From: an uncultured bacterium
GTDB taxonomy: Bacteria; Zixibacteria; MSB-5A5; UBA10806
Direction: 5' to 3'
Assembly: GCA_965541585.1 (NCBI GenBank)
Contig: CBEUCH010000007.1
Location: forward strand, 32,001 to 96,000
DNA: 64,000 bases
Both the position numbers and the translations under genes were made by a program. Under the pieces are notes generated by a model. It saw nothing but the letters and a program-made list of their open reading frames with translations. It searched no databases and was not told the origin of the DNA. This document shows positions 8,403 to 17,432 of the stretch, in pieces. Each line of letters opens with the position of its first letter. Position 1 is the stretch's first letter.

Positions 8403-8882
8403 CTATCCATCATCGTCGAACAGAATCGAGCACGGCCATTTCGATGCCAGCTGCGATATCCATTCCTCAACGGGGGTAGCGCGGTCTGGTTCCCCGGTCC
8501 TGAATAGAACACCGGCTGCAAGCGCTCCCGACCGCATGTGATCAAGGACCTTTTCATGGCTACAGTTATCTCCCGCGCCGCACTCGGTGCATTCCCGGAA
8601 GCCCTTATCTGAAGCGCAGGCCCTGATCTCGCAGTTCTCTCTGCCTCCGCCCTTCAGGCAACCGGGACATGAAGGCATAGTCTGAATAGACTGGAGGCCT
8701 TTCGCGAACTCGGCGTAGTCGAAGTCCCCGGGCCCCCACTCCCGCAGACCATAGGCATTGATTATCTCCTGATACCTCCTGGTCAGCTCCTTGAGCACTC
8801 CGTTGCCGACGACGCAGCTGCCGCACCAAGCGCCGCAGGAGCCGATCTGATTCCTAACGTTCTCGAAATCTTCATGATCCAC
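8403..8882 (-). CDS. DUF3795-like Cys-rich protein
   Basis: CGAWCGSC, CPGC, CEIRACA, CTEC motifs. Confidence 0.8.
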   Translation of the reverse strand: MDHEDFENVRNQIGSCGAWCGSCVVGNGVLKELTRRYQEIINAYGLREWGPGDFDYAEFAKGLQSIQTMPSCPGCLKGGGRENCEIRACASDKGFRECTECGAGDNCSHEKVLDHMRSGALAAGVLFRTGEPDRATPVEEWISQLASKWPCSILFDDDG

Positions 8883-8888
8883 GTGGCC

Positions 8889-9065
8889 TTACTCGTCTCG
8901 CATAACAGTACGGACTTTCTCGACCACTTCCGGCGGGACCTCCTGGATGCCATGGACTTCTTTCGCGTGTTCGGCGACCAGCTTCAGCGCTTTCTCTTCA
9001 GTATCAGCGCGGATCACACCATCGCAGTCAAATCCAACATCCCTGCATTTCACTACTTTCGTCAT
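8889..9065 (-). CDS. DUF1059-like small metal-binding protein (58 aa, absent from ORF track)
   Basis: Manual translation MTKVVKCRDVGFDCDGVIRADTEEKALKLVAEHAKEVHGIQEVPPEVVEKVRTVMRDE; GAGGAGG RBS. Confidence 0.9.
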   Translation of the reverse strand: MTKVVKCRDVGFDCDGVIRADTEEKALKLVAEHAKEVHGIQEVPPEVVEKVRTVMRDE

Positions 9066-9211
9066 GTTGAACCTCCTCCTCGGGAATGCGGCTTCAAAGT
9101 CTGTTAGCCACTATTCCCGCTATATTTAACGACTGGTGATACCTAACACCGTATCACATACCACATTTTCATAATCGTATAGCCTGCCCAGCTATCAATG
9201 TCAACAAGAAT
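9063..9211 (-). repeat. Module C copy 2: promoter, GTTAGGT core, RBS
   Basis: TTGACA(9204-9199)-17-TATACG(9181-9176); GTTAGGT at 9147-9141; colinear with 4949-5097. Confidence 0.85.
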
Positions 9212-9225
9212 GAAGGAAAACAAAT

Positions 9226-9275
9226 AAGATTCTCACCGCGTGCCGGCATTTTCTCTTTAAATAGAAAAAAGATCT
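9226..9275. repeat. Direct repeat A, copy 1
   Basis: 43 of 50 positions identical to 12120-12169 (manual count). Confidence 0.85.
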
Positions 9276-9279
9276 TTTA

Positions 9280-9381
9280 TTAACTGAAATCCTTGCCCAG
9301 GATTATTACGGCAAGAATAACCGCTATAATCGCTATAGGCGCCGTAAATTTCAAAAAGAACCGGAAAAATTTAATTGTCAT
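9280..9381 (-). pseudogene. 33-codon hydrophobic ORF resembling the C-terminal helix of an NSS transporter
   Basis: MTIKFFRFFLKFTAPIAIIAVILAVIILGKDFS; followed by the same repeat A that follows the intact NSS locus. Confidence 0.45.
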
Positions 9382-9418
9382 TGTCGCGTTGCCGACGTCG
9401 TCGATACGCGGGAACAGG

Positions 9419-9548
9419 GGCTAACGCTATCATCACCCGCAAAAGGGCATGATTGCATTTAGCTTAGAGTCTCCAAATGAGCTTTGAGAGAACACCCAAC
9501 GAACCCGAAACACTGCTGCCCATTCGTCGGATGAATAAATTGCCAGCA
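9419..9548 (-). repeat. Long attC-like site (about 130 bp) with degenerate inverse core
   Basis: Minus strand CATCCGACGAATGGGCA ... TGCCCTTTTGCGGGTGATGATAGC-GTTAGCC downstream of the 9594 stop. Confidence 0.65.
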
Positions 9549-9593
9549 GGCTTCAAACTTCGCAGCCTCGGATCAGGGTCTGGCAGGCGTTCA

Positions 9594-11828
9594 TTACAAC
9601 TCGACGCCCAGGGTAATTCCTCCTCCGATCCGTATGTCTTGCCCTGTCAGCGGTAGGAGCACGAAGCCCTCAGCTCCCACGCGGATGGTTTGCCAGGCGC
9701 GAATACCGACACCAACGAAGGGCGACACATCAAGGCGGCCAGTGCCATCTGCTAGGGCCTTTGTGCCCACAAACCGTAGGCCACCGCTGGCGTAGATATA
9801 GGGCTCTTGATACTCCGCGGCGATACCAATACTTGCTCCCAGCGTGTCTGGATTCTTGACCGGAGAGCCCAAGAGTTGGCCCTCCAGCAGGAATTGACCC
9901 TTCGCATAAGGCTCAGTCCGGCCCAGGACCCGAGTGTAGCGGACGGCAATAGTCTTGTCATCGGCCCCTTTGGTGAAGTAGAGTCCCACGCCGAGGACGT
10001 TCCTGCTGGCCCCCTGTTTGGCCTGAGCCTGGCTTCGGTATTTCGCTACGTAGCGGCGGGCAGCGGCGGCATCCCACTCTTTGGTGAACCCTTTACTTGC
10101 TTCTTTGACATCTTCCCTTTCATCCTTGTCTCTCGCTTGCCAGCCGATGAGGTCCAAGCGGCCACGGAAGTAAGCCAAACGCATACTTTCTTCTATCGCC
10201 GCACCGCCGACCTTGGCGAATCGAAACGGTCCTTTCATCGCATCGCGCACGCTGATGGCCTTATTATACTGCTTCTTATAAGAGGGATCGACGCCGACGA
10301 CGACCTGTTGAGTGAAATACTCAGTGAAACCCTCATTGATGTTGCGCTCGTCGTGGAACGCGGCATGAAATGCCGGGTGCGCCAACGCGTGGATCAATTC
10401 GTGCACCGCCGTGTGGTAGAACTTTTCGCGTGGTCTGGGGATTAGGCGTGCCCTCGACTCAAGGTGACTGTAAGACCCGGGGACGCGCGCCGATGCCACT
10501 CGTCGCAATAGTTCGCCGCGGTCTTTGAGAGCGGCTAGGACCAGGGCGTCGATGACGGCCTTTCTTGAAGCAGTATCGAGCCCAGCCAGTTTGGCTACAC
10601 ACTTCTTGCAGTTCGTCGCCGTGATGGCGGTGCTCGCCAGATCGCGAGTGACAGTAGGAGAGGGTTGAAAGACGACGAGCACCTGATCGGCTTTCTTCCG
10701 CGATAACCGGGTCGTGGTTTTGTCCTTGGTCAAGTTGATGCGACGGGTGGCATACCTGCCGAAGCGCTTGAGGATCTCCTTTCTGGCTTGCTGGGCGACG
10801 CCGAACGCGTCGGCCTCGTTGAGCACATTGCCGCTTGATTTAGGTGGGCCGGTGTCCAAGCTGTCGAGGGCTCTGAAGTAAGGTTCTATCAGGTCCTCTA
10901 CGAGTGCCTCTCTCTCCTTTGCGTCCAGCGAGCGCGCCGTTTCTTCGGCGGGCTCACCGGGGGCGGCTGGCGGAGTTGCTTCTGTTTTCCCGAGTTCTCG
11001 GGACATGGCCTTCTCGATCTCGCGCTGTTCATCCTCAGTGGGATAGTGAGGCTCGATTGCCGCTTGCCGGAACAGTTGCGGTTGCCGGTGCTCCCTCTGC
11101 GCGACGTGAGCCAACTCGTGGGCCAAGAGCGTGCGGCCCGGCTGCGTGTGAGGGGCGAACTCGCCCCGGCGGAATACGACGTCAGCACCGACCGTGAATG
11201 CACGTGCATTCACTGCCTGCGCCGCCGCATCCCCGCGCGTGTCGGCATGCACCCGCACCTGACTAAAGTCATGACCGAATCGTGACCCAAAGAAGCCAAT
11301 TGTGGATTTAGGCAAAGGCTTACCAGCACCTTTCAAAGACGGGAACTCACCCGGCAGGTGAGATGAATCTAAGGATGTAGGACTTGTCCGGGAGTGCTCT
11401 TTTTCCCCGTGGCCTTTGGGTTTGGACCTACAACGCGGACAACCGCCGTCACATGCACAGGCTTGATATCGTCGTGGTTCAGACATACGCATCACCTGAT
11501 TGGCCACACGGTCAGCCTCCTGTTCATATGTGTCTCCAGGAGTACTGACCATCAGTTTCGGTTGAATCTTCGTACGTGCTTGCGGATGCAACGGTATTTG
11601 GCTGAAATCATGCGCCAAGCAAGCTTTTGCACTCGTACCGGAACCCACTTCAGGATTTTCAGCATTTACGTGCATCAAACGCTGCACTGCTTGATTTCCA
11701 ATCGTGCGTTGCAGGTGAAGAATGGCCTTTACCTCATGGCTTTGTCCAGACAATGCCCCACCGGCCCTTGCAGAGCTTGTAGATTTGGCCTCTTGAGTTG
11801 GGTTCTGTTTATGGGCAAATGTCCGCAT
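9594..11828 (-). CDS. DUF4157 (eCIS core) domain protein with a second zinc-metallopeptidase motif
   Basis: LQRTIGNQAV, YEQEADRVA, FGHDFSQVRVH, ARAFTVG, LLAHELAHVAQ; second HELIHALAH...NEGFTEYFT. Confidence 0.85.
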   Translation of the reverse strand: MRTFAHKQNPTQEAKSTSSARAGGALSGQSHEVKAILHLQRTIGNQAVQRLMHVNAENPEVGSGTSAKACLAHDFSQIPLHPQARTKIQPKLMVSTPGDTYEQEADRVANQVMRMSEPRRYQACACDGGCPRCRSKPKGHGEKEHSRTSPTSLDSSHLPGEFPSLKGAGKPLPKSTIGFFGSRFGHDFSQVRVHADTRGDAAAQAVNARAFTVGADVVFRRGEFAPHTQPGRTLLAHELAHVAQREHRQPQLFRQAAIEPHYPTEDEQREIEKAMSRELGKTEATPPAAPGEPAEETARSLDAKEREALVEDLIEPYFRALDSLDTGPPKSSGNVLNEADAFGVAQQARKEILKRFGRYATRRINLTKDKTTTRLSRKKADQVLVVFQPSPTVTRDLASTAITATNCKKCVAKLAGLDTASRKAVIDALVLAALKDRGELLRRVASARVPGSYSHLESRARLIPRPREKFYHTAVHELIHALAHPAFHAAFHDERNINEGFTEYFTQQVVVGVDPSYKKQYNKAISVRDAMKGPFRFAKVGGAAIEESMRLAYFRGRLDLIGWQARDKDEREDVKEASKGFTKEWDAAAARRYVAKYRSQAQAKQGASRNVLGVGLYFTKGADDKTIAVRYTRVLGRTEPYAKGQFLLEGQLLGSPVKNPDTLGASIGIAAEYQEPYIYASGGLRFVGTKALADGTGRLDVSPFVGVGIRAWQTIRVGAEGFVLLPLTGQDIRIGGGITLGVEL

Positions 11829-11858
11829 TGTTCTTTTTCCTCTCGTCTAGGTGATGAC

Positions 11859-12071
11859 GCCTAACTATGTATATATGGTTTCCGTATAAGAACCCAAACA
11901 GCGCTGATTCTGCAGTATAAAACATTCGTAACCGTCCTCAGGTACTTTTAAAGTATCGAGCAATGCACCCAACATCAAATATCCATCTCTTAAATTTGCA
12001 ATTCAGTTTATAACACATTCAAGGTTGCAATGCAAGTGGAAAATATCTTTTTTTTCAAGCGGAGGCCCGCG
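11859..12071 (-). repeat. Module B copy 2: promoter plus attI-like end (GTTAGGC)
   Basis: TTGCAT(12035-12030)-17-TATAAA(12012-12007); GTTAGGC at 11865-11859; colinear with 5951-6162. Confidence 0.85.
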
Positions 12072-12119
12072 TTCGCCCGCACTACCATCACATCCTGCGC
12101 GGAAAAAAATGTTGAGTAA

Positions 12120-12169
12120 AAGATCCTCACCGCCTACCGGCGTTTTCTCTTTAAGTAGAAAGAAGGTCT
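12120..12169. repeat. Direct repeat A, copy 2
   Basis: Matches 9226-9275. Confidence 0.85.
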
Positions 12170-12181
12170 ATCGAAGCTATT

Positions 12182-12274
12182 TTATTTTTTTACGGTTCTG
12201 AAGGCGCAGAATAATAATCCTCCGAGGAGGATCCCGCCGCATATGAATAACATTATCCAGGCTGATGCCGGCAT
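12182..12274 (-). CDS. MetS-like NSS transporter small subunit (30 aa, absent from ORF track)
   Basis: MPASAWIMLFICGGILLGGLLFCAFRTVKK, starts 2 nt after the NSS stop. Confidence 0.75.
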   Translation of the reverse strand: MPASAWIMLFICGGILLGGLLFCAFRTVKK

Positions 12275-12276
12275 AA

Positions 12277-13749
12277 TTAATCCCTTCCTTTTGATTTATA
12301 CATAAAGTACGCCGCAGTGGCGATCAATACCAGAATCAGCCATCCCGCCAGGAATTCCGGGAGTCTTCCGTAATTCTCATAGGAGCCCTTGATTCGGCTG
12401 ATGAATTCGGTCCCGATGAGTATTACCAGAAGAATGGGCGTGAAATATTTTATGCTTATTTCCCACCATTTTCCGACACGGAATTCCGAGATGGAGTTTG
12501 CATATTCTTTTATTTTCCCCGCGCCGTACATCCAGCCTATGAATATACATGAGCCTAGCACCGAAATCCCCAGGGCTATATAATTCATGAAATGGTCGAG
12601 AATGTCCAGCCAGAACAACCCTGCGCCGGTACAGAAGACCAGACCGATTGTAAACGCTATGGATGATACAGTGAGGTTAGCTTTGAGATGGGAGAATTTC
12701 CATTTATCTATAATACTGGCTGTTAGACCTTCCACCATTGAGAACGCGGAATCGATGGCCAGAGTGAGCAGCATCAGGAAGAACAGGACGCCAAAGAATG
12801 GGGCCAGAGGCAGGTTTGCAATGATTGCAGGATATGTAACGAAGGCCAGCCCCGGCCCGGCGATATCGCCTAACTCACTCACGGATTTTCCGAGAACATG
12901 CGCATGGTATCCCAGCCCTCCGAATACCGCCAATCCTCCAACGAATGCGGTCAGAGCATCGGCGAAACCTACTATAAAAGCGTTGTTGACCAGATCTGTC
13001 TTGCGGGGGAGGAAACTGGAATAGGCGATCATGATCCCGAAGCCCACCGACAGGGAGAAGAATATCTGCGTATAGGCGGCGAGCCATACCCCCGGGTTGA
13101 GCAATTTTGAAAAATCGGGAGTCAGATAGTAAGCCAGGCCATCCATCGCGCCGGGCAGCGTGATCCCGCGGACAACGAATACGATCAGCAGGAGCCATGG
13201 TATGAGCACGGTGAAGTAGACTACCTTGCTAACTGTCTTAGCTCCCTTCCAGACCGAAAAAACGATCCAGATCCATGAGATGAAAAGTCCCAACGCCAGC
13301 ACTATGAATTGCTTTGTGAATCCTCCGAAGTCAAACGGGCCCGAGGTTATTCCCAGGGTTTCATTGAAAAAGTAGCCGGCGGGGTCCTGGGCGTAGGCCT
13401 GTGTTATGGAGGCGATTCCGTATTTTATACAGTAGGCCATTATAACGGAATAATAAGTAACGATCATAAAGCCTATAAGCACAGGTACCCAGCCGAACCA
13501 TTCCAGTTTCTTGCTGATCTTACTGAATGATAAAGGGGAAGCTCCCTCCATCTTGTGCCCCAGGCCGAATTCCAATATGAGCAATGGGATCCCCGTGGTC
13601 AGGAGAGCCACTATATACGCGATCAGGAATGCGCCGCCCCCGTTTTGATAGCATACGAAAGGAAATCTCCAGATATTGCCCAAACCGATAGCGGAGCCTA
13701 TGGCCGCAAGTATGAATGCCATCCTGTTGTCCCAGTGCTCTCTTACCAT
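12277..13749 (-). CDS. Sodium-dependent transporter, NSS/SNF family
   Basis: REHW...GSAIGLGNIWRFP...NGGGAFL, QIFFSLS, GPGLAFV. Confidence 0.95.
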   Translation of the reverse strand: MVREHWDNRMAFILAAIGSAIGLGNIWRFPFVCYQNGGGAFLIAYIVALLTTGIPLLILEFGLGHKMEGASPLSFSKISKKLEWFGWVPVLIGFMIVTYYSVIMAYCIKYGIASITQAYAQDPAGYFFNETLGITSGPFDFGGFTKQFIVLALGLFISWIWIVFSVWKGAKTVSKVVYFTVLIPWLLLIVFVVRGITLPGAMDGLAYYLTPDFSKLLNPGVWLAAYTQIFFSLSVGFGIMIAYSSFLPRKTDLVNNAFIVGFADALTAFVGGLAVFGGLGYHAHVLGKSVSELGDIAGPGLAFVTYPAIIANLPLAPFFGVLFFLMLLTLAIDSAFSMVEGLTASIIDKWKFSHLKANLTVSSIAFTIGLVFCTGAGLFWLDILDHFMNYIALGISVLGSCIFIGWMYGAGKIKEYANSISEFRVGKWWEISIKYFTPILLVILIGTEFISRIKGSYENYGRLPEFLAGWLILVLIATAAYFMYKSKGRD

Positions 13750-13913
13750 TATTTCCTCCCGAATGAATTTACATACATCGATATGAGATCATTACAAGCT
13801 CAAGAAAAACAGCGCGGAGTTAATTTTTGAAAGATCGCTACAAACTGCTGACCATTATAAAAATAGTTATCCAATAGCGTCAAGTTCTTTTGGAGATATT
13901 TTCAATTGTTGAT

Positions 13914-15044
13914 CTAATTTTCGGATAATACCAGAACCTCGCTGGCTGTAATCTGTCGCATAAGATCGTTTTCTTCTTTGCGCCAGATTAAGAATGTCAG
14001 ATCTTCACGTGGGATTTTTGATAAGTCCAGGTCTCCGATATGCCGCCATTCGCGTTCCGTGCTCCAATCGATGTCTCTTTGTCCTCGACTCTGAAAATAT
14101 GGTTTATCAGGATCCGGAAGGAGTTCGTAATCGTCCGGGTATCCATATATGACCGGCTTGATCCCGATCTCGGATGCTGCCCTCTTGCGGATAGCGATCC
14201 CGTAAGGCTCGAAGTTCCAGTTGACTTTTTTGGGAAGCCAGCGCATCTGACTGAGGACTTCCCGGGGAGTAGATTCCGTGAATCCCACTACCTCCAGACC
14301 ATCGCGTATTTTTTTTGACGAGGCTCTTACCATTCCCTCCTCAGCGATATTTGTGAGAACATTGAAGGCGCTGTTCGGATATATATTTTCTGATTTAATC
14401 AATTGTTTGTAAAAATCCCGCTTTGTCTGACCCGGCCAGGGGCCGTGATGAGTCCTTGTCCAGTGGGTAATATAATCCCAGCCTTCAAAATTGGACGATA
14501 TGGATTTATCCTTATAACCCGGCGGTCTGACGATTGGCTTCTTGTATTCTATTTGATATTTCGATAGGATTCCCTGCTCATCGCCTAACGTTTTCAAAAG
14601 GTTCTCGAGTCTACCTTCGGGTCGAATGGAAACGGGCACCAGAAGGTTCGCCAGCGTTATAGCGGCTTTGTCACGCTTTAGCCAGGTTGCCTTCGGCTTT
14701 CGCGAGTCCGGTTCAGGAGCGACGAAAACCATGGCAGTTCTGTCAATATCAAGGCCAAAGTCATGGATCGTTTTCTGGAAGATGATCTTGCCGTTCTCGT
14801 TATCGTTGTAAGGACTTACGATTATCTGATCGCCGTCATTTTCCGAAACCAGATAAGCGGCTAATTCCCACGTCGTAAGTCCTATGCTGGTTATGATTGT
14901 ATAGCCGGATCTAACGAGATCTGCTATTGCTATCGATGTGGCGGCGACCCAGGAATCGTTACCGCAGGGCGTCTTCGACTGGCTGCTGTTTAGGATTACT
15001 GCCAGTTTGCCTGTCAACAAATCCCTGTTTCCCTGGACTATCAT
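13914..15044 (-). CDS. Hypothetical two-domain protein: SLOG/DprA-like N-terminus plus AbiGi/ART-like C-terminus
   Basis: C-terminal THWTR, VGFTE, EPYGIAI, PVIYG, EREWR motifs; N-terminal Rossmann-like pattern. Confidence 0.5.
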   Translation of the reverse strand: MIVQGNRDLLTGKLAVILNSSQSKTPCGNDSWVAATSIAIADLVRSGYTIITSIGLTTWELAAYLVSENDGDQIIVSPYNDNENGKIIFQKTIHDFGLDIDRTAMVFVAPEPDSRKPKATWLKRDKAAITLANLLVPVSIRPEGRLENLLKTLGDEQGILSKYQIEYKKPIVRPPGYKDKSISSNFEGWDYITHWTRTHHGPWPGQTKRDFYKQLIKSENIYPNSAFNVLTNIAEEGMVRASSKKIRDGLEVVGFTESTPREVLSQMRWLPKKVNWNFEPYGIAIRKRAASEIGIKPVIYGYPDDYELLPDPDKPYFQSRGQRDIDWSTEREWRHIGDLDLSKIPREDLTFLIWRKEENDLMRQITASEVLVLSEN

Positions 15045-15125
15045 AGAGCTAAATCCTGCTCACAATGACGTTTTGAATTCTAATCACCACTTGCCCTGAC
15101 ACTGGACGGCCAGAAAGCAGTCATA

Positions 15126-16223
15126 TCATACCACGGTTTTCTCACGCAGCATAGTATCATCGCGTCTCATTTGACGATCCGTAAACTTAATCCTTATAAG
15201 GGAGAATATTAGAGATCCCACGCCTATGGGCAGGTAGAATGTGATGAAGCGCCATACCGATGTAGCGATAGGGATTATTGCGGAAGGTATCAGGCCATTG
15301 TGAATCAGCGCAAAAGATACCTCGGCTCCGCCTATTGCCCCGGGAGTCGGGATCATCGTCATGGTCGTAAAAACCACCCATTGCAGCAGGAAGAACAATA
15401 CCGGATCAACTGGATACCCCAGGCCGAAAATCAAGGCTGAGATCGCCCCATACCGGCCGCACCATCCAATTCCGGCAATGAGCACGCAGGCCGCAAAAGC
15501 GCCTTTTCCTCTGCGCAGAGCAAATCCAGCCGCAGAGAGAAAATCAGATTGGAACCGTCCGAGCCGAGCAATTATTCGCGGGACTAACCCTTCAGGGAGC
15601 CCTTTACTGGATTCGAGGCTGCTCCTGTTGAGTGTCAGGTTTAACTTCTTGATGATAAGCAGAATTGTTAAGAGTAGCGCTATCGCGATCAAAGCCGCTT
15701 CCCAGTTTGAGATGAGGCCTCTCCAGGCACGTACCACATACGGATTTTCCCAGGCGCGGCTCCAGTATAGGGATATCGGAAGAGCGATGGCGAAAAATAC
15801 TCCATCGACAAGGGTCCCCAGAAATGTTACAAGGGTCGCTTCGGCGAAACTAAAACCGTATCCGGTTAGAAAACCCAGCTTGGCATAGCCGCCGCCCAGA
15901 ATGGTGGGCGTGATCGCGGCCCCTATCTCCGCGGCAAGCACAGTCTGGAACGCCTGCCCGGGCCTTAAATTCCTTTTGAATACCTTCCCCCAGATCATTA
16001 TTCTCAATGATTGGGCTAACCATGGAAGAAACACCAGAGCGACCGCAAGTGCAAGATACCATCCATTGACATTATTAAGATGCTTCAGGATTCCGGGCTC
16101 CGTGGCGATGATAACGTATACGATGTTGCCGGCCACCGCAAGGGGGACGATCACCAGCAGGATTTTCAAGAATCGCCTTAAATTTGTGGCGTTGAATTCA
16201 TAATCGTGCGAGAAATTGGTCAT
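15126..16223 (-). CDS. Lysylphosphatidylglycerol synthase TM-domain / flippase-like protein
   Basis: AAITP..GG, PTPGAIGGAE, WRFITFYL motifs; multi-TM. Confidence 0.85.
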   Translation of the reverse strand: MTNFSHDYEFNATNLRRFLKILLVIVPLAVAGNIVYVIIATEPGILKHLNNVNGWYLALAVALVFLPWLAQSLRIMIWGKVFKRNLRPGQAFQTVLAAEIGAAITPTILGGGYAKLGFLTGYGFSFAEATLVTFLGTLVDGVFFAIALPISLYWSRAWENPYVVRAWRGLISNWEAALIAIALLLTILLIIKKLNLTLNRSSLESSKGLPEGLVPRIIARLGRFQSDFLSAAGFALRRGKGAFAACVLIAGIGWCGRYGAISALIFGLGYPVDPVLFFLLQWVVFTTMTMIPTPGAIGGAEVSFALIHNGLIPSAIIPIATSVWRFITFYLPIGVGSLIFSLIRIKFTDRQMRRDDTMLREKTVV

Positions 16224-16268
16224 CAGGTAGTTTCAGGCTTAAGTGTTTTTCGAGGATTTCGTTCCTCG

Positions 16269-17432
16269 TCAGGAGTCTCCAATCAAGAGATCATTGAAAA
16301 TCTTTTCATACTTGTCATGAACGATAGATGATGAGAAATGTGCCTTGGTATATTGCATAGCCTTAGAACGTAGCGAGGAGAGTCTCTCGGGATCATCCAG
16401 GAGAGCTTTGATTATTTTAACCATGGCCGCCACGTCTCCTTCCGGTACACAATAGCCGTTATGGCCATGAATAACCGCGTCCGTAACGCCCTCTATGCCG
16501 GTGGCCACCACGGGGATTCCTCTGACGGCAGCCTCGAGCGCAACGATGCCGAATCCCTCCATATCGCCGGGGACGGTCCGGTTGGGCATGATGAAGAGAT
16601 CGCTGGTTGCAAATAAAAGCCCTCTCATTTCCTCGTCCACGCCGTTTAAATAGAATACTCGGGGATGGCTGCTCAAGTTTTTCAGTTCGTCATGAACAGT
16701 CTGCGCACCGGATGCCAGGAGGAACAGATCACGATATTTCTTTCCGAGAAGCGGTCCGGCTAAATTCAGCCAGCGAGGGGATTTCGGCTCGGGTCCGGCT
16801 GCTATATAGACGCAGTTTTCGGGCAGGTGCGGGAAAACCTCTCTAATGAAATAGTCGAATCCCTTTCTCTTTAGCGGGCGGCCGAGACTGAATAACACTC
16901 TCTTATCTCGAAGGTCGATTCTGGTTTTCTTTTCTATTTCCCGATATAGATCTTCGCTCTTCTTTGGATGATTCTTGACCTCCTCGGCTGCATTAGGGAT
17001 GATCTCTATCTTCTCATCCGGCAAACCGCGCGACCTCACCTGGATTGCGGTAGCCTCGCTTACGCATACGATTTTGTCCAGATGCCAAAGCGCCCTCTGT
17101 AGTCTACGCTGATACCAGGGAATGGGCAGAACGATATCGAGGCCGTGAACAGTCGCCACGGCTTTTTTCCTTGAATTGCGGCGTACCTGAGCGCCGACCA
17201 GGGCGGTGACAGCATCATCACAGTGTAACAGGGAGGCGCCGTTTCTTATGCATTTATAATAAAAATAGGGAAAGTAGGCAGGGACTCCCCATTCCGGACC
17301 TTTCCATTGGATATTCTCTACTTCGAAAGAATCTTTCATGCCTTCAATCAACCGCGCGCTATGCCTCTGGACACCGCCGATTGAATCCGGGTGCTTTCGG
17401 GTCAGGAAGATTATATGATCCCTCTGCCTCAT
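16269..17432 (-). CDS. Glycosyltransferase family 4
   Basis: GRPLKRKG, DLFIMPN...DMEGFGIVALEAA. Confidence 0.9.
   Translation of the reverse strand: MRQRDHIIFLTRKHPDSIGGVQRHSARLIEGMKDSFEVENIQWKGPEWGVPAYFPYFYYKCIRNGASLLHCDDAVTALVGAQVRRNSRKKAVATVHGLDIVLPIPWYQRRLQRALWHLDKIVCVSEATAIQVRSRGLPDEKIEIIPNAAEEVKNHPKKSEDLYREIEKKTRIDLRDKRVLFSLGRPLKRKGFDYFIREVFPHLPENCVYIAAGPEPKSPRWLNLAGPLLGKKYRDLFLLASGAQTVHDELKNLSSHPRVFYLNGVDEEMRGLLFATSDLFIMPNRTVPGDMEGFGIVALEAAVRGIPVVATGIEGVTDAVIHGHNGYCVPEGDVAAMVKIIKALLDDPERLSSLRSKAMQYTKAHFSSSIVHDKYEKIFNDLLIGDS

Noticed and set aside
9807..10445. Long antisense ORFs such as 9807-10445, 24324-25091, 41729-42475 and 52991-53815
   Set aside because: They overlap well-supported genes on the opposite strand and lack recognisable motifs; shadow ORFs.
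2400..12200. CRISPR array or diversity-generating retroelement as explanation for the repeats
   Set aside because: Repeats are long, irregularly spaced and in two or three copies; no cas or reverse transcriptase ORF in the window; mismatches are not confined to adenines.
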